Of a stretch of 64,000 nucleotides of DNA, positions 60,454 through 64,000 are shown one piece after another. The first letter of the stretch is position 1; each line of letters starts with the position of its first letter. A program made the translations under genes and the position numbers. The notes beneath the pieces were generated by a model, which was not told the DNA's origin, made no database searches, and worked only from the letters and a program-made list of their open reading frames with translations. Source of the stretch: Escherichia coli (lineage in GTDB: Bacteria; Pseudomonadota; Gammaproteobacteria; Enterobacterales; Enterobacteriaceae); assembly GCA_032372955.1 (NCBI GenBank), contig GCA_032372955.1_4725.1. One strand, given 5' to 3'.

Positions 60454-60467
60454 AACAAATCCGTATG

Positions 60468-60501
60468 CCCTTCCTGCGTAATGCAGGAAGGGTTTATGCT
60501 G
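60468..60501 (+). promoter_or_regulatory. GC-rich hairpin followed by TTTATGCTG
   Basis: CCCTTCCTGC GTAAT GCAGGAAGGG then TTTATGCTG. Confidence 0.5.
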
Positions 60502-60546
60502 TTAAACTGACTAAATGTAATCATCCTAATAAAGAAGGAAATCATC

Positions 60547-60804
60547 ATGAAAACGATCAAAGCAACTAAATCCGTTAAAACAAATAAAACTAACGTTCAG
60601 CCGCTGCACCATATCACGGTTTACCGTAACAAAGATAACGCCATCACCAAGTTCCGCGTTCGTGTAAAAGCGGCTGAATCCGTATTAGAGAAATTGGTTG
60701 ATATGACGGTTTCTGTCGATGCCTATGATTCGTATCAGAAAGCAATGCTGGCAGCAATTCAAATCCGCGATAAAGCGCTGAACAACCCAATCAACGCATT
60801 TTAA
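60547..60804 (+). CDS. hypothetical protein
   Basis: ORF track; RBS AAGAAGGAAATC upstream. Confidence 0.6.
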   Translation: MKTIKATKSVKTNKTNVQPLHHITVYRNKDNAITKFRVRVKAAESVLEKLVDMTVSVDAYDSYQKAMLAAIQIRDKALNNPINAF

Positions 60805-60826
60805 TTACTTAGCAACTTAGCAAACG

Positions 60827-60862
60827 GTTCTTCTCTTCCTGAAGCTGTGGAGGGGAAGAACC
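60827..60862 (+). terminator. imperfect stem-loop
   Basis: GGTTCTTCTCTTCC / GGAGGGGAAGAACC. Confidence 0.4.
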
Positions 60863-60933
60863 AGAAAGGAGTAATTATGTTTTCTTTTGTTGTCAGCGAA
60901 GAACAATTAGCGAAATTCAAATAACGTGCATGG

Positions 60934-61377
60934 ATGGCTATCAAGGAAGGAGTCATTGAACCCGGAATATTACCCGCGTGCCAGGCGTTGTTAGATGCGC
61001 CTGGTGTTGCACCGATGTGGTCATGCGAAGGACACGATAATGTAACCCGTAAAGTGGTCGTTGATGGGAAAACAAGCACAAAGGTTGTTCGTAAGCACCC
61101 GCACGTTATCGTCGCTGTAACGACCGAAGGGTTGTCTTATATAGACGCTATAGGTGAATGCTTACGACGCCAACCCGCTGATTATATTTGGCGAATTGGG
61201 GTTAACAGATTGAGCGATCCCACCAAAGAAGATGACACGTCGGAGACACTCTATTGGGCTTGGGATATCCACTCGGTTAATTTCAAACATCGCGATGGCG
61301 GGACAATGGAGGAACGCGGTCAACGATTAAACGCTGCTATTCTGGAAGCGGTAGAGTTCGTAAAGAACAAGAATTAA
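60934..61377 (+). CDS. hypothetical protein
   Basis: ORF track; no obvious RBS, possibly coupled to upstream 15-codon ORF 60877-60924. Confidence 0.5.
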   Translation: MAIKEGVIEPGILPACQALLDAPGVAPMWSCEGHDNVTRKVVVDGKTSTKVVRKHPHVIVAVTTEGLSYIDAIGECLRRQPADYIWRIGVNRLSDPTKEDDTSETLYWAWDIHSVNFKHRDGGTMEERGQRLNAAILEAVEFVKNKN

Positions 61378-61454
61378 CTTTTACAGAAATTCAGTAACCT
61401 GTGTACTTGTAATCATGTCGCGTAAAAGACAATCTTTTGTTTGAGGAATAGAAA

Positions 61455-62204
61455 ATGCAAGAAGCACGTTATCAAGGAAGCATCATGCTTTCCTGTGGTT
61501 TTGTTATCGAACACCCAACGCTTGGTAAATTGTTCATCAAAGAAGAAATACGTAAACCAGGACAATCGAAGAACTTTTCGCCGCTTTTAGCCGCTAAAGC
61601 CTTATTAGAATCGTTCGAGGATATTAACGTCGTCACTTATCACACAACGTTATATCAAGCTGATGGGTACAGATGGTTCGACGGATGGATTCGTGTTCAT
61701 CACGATCAGATCGAGGTCGCTGTGGGAAACCTAGACGCTCTTCCGTTTACCCGTCATGATATCGATGCTGTTAAAATCGATCATAGTGACGCGGTGATCA
61801 AACTGCAGGACGATGAGTTGATCCAAGATGTACGTCGTTTCTGGTCGAACTATCAGGATAACATTTTGATTCCGGTACCTGACGAACTCTCTAAAGTTTA
61901 TGATGGACTGGTTAGCGAGAAGGGGGACGTATGGCGCACGTGCGAAGATCCCTATCGCTTCTTTACACGTAAACAAAAAGAACGTTTGATGGTACGCGGC
62001 TGGATTGAGAATCCTCTCGGCGATGTTTACCATTACGTTGATGCGGAAGCTGTGGTAAGTGACGAACGGCATAAATTTGATATTCGTGATGAACAGTTAA
62101 TATGGACAGCGCAGCGTTCAGTAGAGCAAGATGATGTGATTACTATGTTCTATGATCCTGAAATCAAATTGACTCTGTTTGTAGAAGGGGATATTGACGA
62201 ATGA
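61455..62204 (+). CDS. hypothetical protein
   Basis: ORF track; RBS GAGGAATAGAAA upstream. Confidence 0.6.
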   Translation: MQEARYQGSIMLSCGFVIEHPTLGKLFIKEEIRKPGQSKNFSPLLAAKALLESFEDINVVTYHTTLYQADGYRWFDGWIRVHHDQIEVAVGNLDALPFTRHDIDAVKIDHSDAVIKLQDDELIQDVRRFWSNYQDNILIPVPDELSKVYDGLVSEKGDVWRTCEDPYRFFTRKQKERLMVRGWIENPLGDVYHYVDAEAVVSDERHKFDIRDEQLIWTAQRSVEQDDVITMFYDPEIKLTLFVEGDIDE

Positions 62205-62776
62205 ATTGGATTAAGGTAGTGTTGTTTATTATACTTGTTGCTGTATCTATCGGACTATTCTTTTACACACGTCGGAAAGAACAGAAACGTAAACCGAGCA
62301 GACCGTTGGTTACCGGTGTTGTAACACCCGCAAAACAGTCTGAATTACCTAAATCGCTTTATATGACGGAAGTGACTTTAGATGCATCTAAAGGCAATGA
62401 GCTTGTGCTCGAAATGTTAATGCAGAAACATTATAAAGATGCTGTATTGACTGCCGAGTATTGGGTTGATCCTAACAGGCCAGGCAAACGCTGGCGCGCA
62501 TGGTATCCTTTACATGTGCCGTGCACAAACACCTGGATTGAGTGGCCTGCATTGGTTAGCTATCGTTCAACCGATAAAGCGAACAAAGCAGCGTTCTTCT
62601 TAGACACCAATCGTTTCAAATGGTATCCCGATAAGGTAACGAATGAGCCGGTATGGATGCCTAAGAAAGGTGGTACGTGCTTTACTGTTGGACAAGTCCT
62701 GTTAACAGATTTGGACGACCAGAACAACTTCTTTGTCATTGAAGAAGAAAAGCTTAACGATCTGATTCCTTACTAA
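62201..62776 (+). CDS. hypothetical protein with N-terminal TM helix
   Basis: ORF track; hydrophobic WIKVVLFIILVAVSIGLFFY. Confidence 0.6.
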   Translation: MNWIKVVLFIILVAVSIGLFFYTRRKEQKRKPSRPLVTGVVTPAKQSELPKSLYMTEVTLDASKGNELVLEMLMQKHYKDAVLTAEYWVDPNRPGKRWRAWYPLHVPCTNTWIEWPALVSYRSTDKANKAAFFLDTNRFKWYPDKVTNEPVWMPKKGGTCFTVGQVLLTDLDDQNNFFVIEEEKLNDLIPY

Positions 62777-62795
62777 TCGTTCGATATAACGGTAC

Positions 62796-62854
62796 ACGGT
62801 GTTCATCCCTAAAAAGGATGAACACCGTTTTCCTATTTTTCGTTTTTTTTTTTT
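62796..62854 (+). terminator. rho-independent terminator
   Basis: ACGGTGTTCATCC / GGATGAACACCGT stem followed by long T-tract. Confidence 0.7.
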
Positions 62855-62913
62855 GAGGTTCCCATGGTATGAATTAGGTTTCTTTCCTATCAACGATCAT
62901 CTATGAGGTCAGT

Positions 62914-63744
62914 ATGTATCCTGAAGCATCGTGGCAGGAAGAAGCGTTATCTAAAATAAACGCTTATCTCCAGCATCCGTTGTCTCTGTCAGACATTACG
63001 TTAACGCCAGCCTGGTATGGTGCATCAGGTCGGTTACGCCTTTCTATAGCCCCCACACCACAATCGGTTTACTACGTCGAAGACCCCGTACAGGTTTATC
63101 TTCAACGTCGCGATATTAATAAGCTCTTTATCAAACACCAACCTTTTATTGTCGTTGCTGATATGACGACGACAGCAGACTGCTTAACGCAGCTGTTTAA
63201 GAAGTATGGGTTGAAGATCGATTTAACGATCTTTGATTCTTCAGCGTTAGCGTTACCGGTTAAATTTGAAAGCGGTGAGAAAACCATATCTGTTCCCGTT
63301 CTTTCTGACGCATCAGCATCGTGGTACGGTACGTTTCAATTCCTCGCACGAAAAGATGTAAGTGCCGATATTAGCGAACTGATTACGGTACGAGAACCGC
63401 TAACCTCGTATTATCCAGAAGATAGTAAACAAGGGGATTTCCACACATTCAGTACATACGGCATCAAGCTAAATATACCGCCGCAAGATGCGATACGTTC
63501 GATGTCGGTTGGAGATACTCCCGAAGGATACAACGCATTCCGTTTAGCCTCATCGCTGATTTCAATGAGTTATACCTCAGCTTGGGAACTCATCACAACA
63601 GCCAGTGTCGTTTATAATGGAAAAGTTGCCGATGCGAACGATTTAGATGTTCCAATACTTCCGTCGTTCGGAAGCTCTGTTCTGGTGTTAAAACCTCATT
63701 CCGATAGCGGCGTCAGCAGCAAACTTTATTTTAGTTACGATTAA
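62914..63744 (+). CDS. hypothetical protein
   Basis: ORF track. Confidence 0.6.
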   Translation: MYPEASWQEEALSKINAYLQHPLSLSDITLTPAWYGASGRLRLSIAPTPQSVYYVEDPVQVYLQRRDINKLFIKHQPFIVVADMTTTADCLTQLFKKYGLKIDLTIFDSSALALPVKFESGEKTISVPVLSDASASWYGTFQFLARKDVSADISELITVREPLTSYYPEDSKQGDFHTFSTYGIKLNIPPQDAIRSMSVGDTPEGYNAFRLASSLISMSYTSAWELITTASVVYNGKVADANDLDVPILPSFGSSVLVLKPHSDSGVSSKLYFSYD

Positions 63745-63758
63745 GGTGGAGTAAATAA

Positions 63759-64000
63759 TGGCGACATTCTTACCTGACGATAAGCAGGATCTGGTTGACC
63801 AACTCAATATACTAAATAAAACAGATATCCCGGTTGATGGTATCGCAGTCACTGCTGTTGGCGATAGTCAAAAACTTGATGGTGTTGGAAAATACACGGG
63901 GACGGTTACGGTTAATAAACCAAAACGGTCATTCGCGACATTGTTTCCGTTCGGCGCGATCATGAAAAAAGAAACCGGTGATGAGGATGTTACTGGTCGC
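63759..64000 (+). CDS. hypothetical protein, N-terminal fragment (runs off window end)
   Basis: ATG 63759 with RBS AAGGTGGAG; open to window end. Confidence 0.45.

Overview
This window reads as a densely packed, almost entirely plus-strand segment of a large (jumbo-type) lytic phage genome, probably phiKZ-like with an enterobacterial-type GC content (~47%); this assignment is inferred from gene content, not from a database search. Recognisable genes include fragments of a split multisubunit RNA polymerase (beta-prime N-terminal part at 323-2916, beta C-terminal part at 14777-16945, beta-prime C-terminal part at 19018-21024), thymidylate synthase, NAD-dependent DNA ligase, two SF2 helicases (DEAH-type and SNF2-type), a DEDDh exonuclease, an SbcD/Mre11-like nuclease, HD and calcineurin-like phosphohydrolases, a GNAT acetyltransferase, a SAM-methyltransferase-like protein and a SleB-type cell-wall hydrolase. 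Most other ORFs are hypothetical. The most striking observation is that the beta-prime gene appears to be interrupted by three tandem group I introns (1566-2691) that split the catalytic NADFDGD codons across two 13-nt micro-exons. Other notable structure: a recurring GC-rich hairpin followed by TTTATGC (terminator plus putative late promoter), a conserved TTCACGGCTATATTACTTA motif (putative early promoter), a tandem array of six Myb/SANT-like paralogs, a triplicated gene cassette, a family of small basic proteins with a KKGPGKGK motif, and a candidate lysis cassette. No tRNA, rRNA, CRISPR array, integrase or transposase was found. All coordinates come from manual reading and the ORF track; start codons are approximate.
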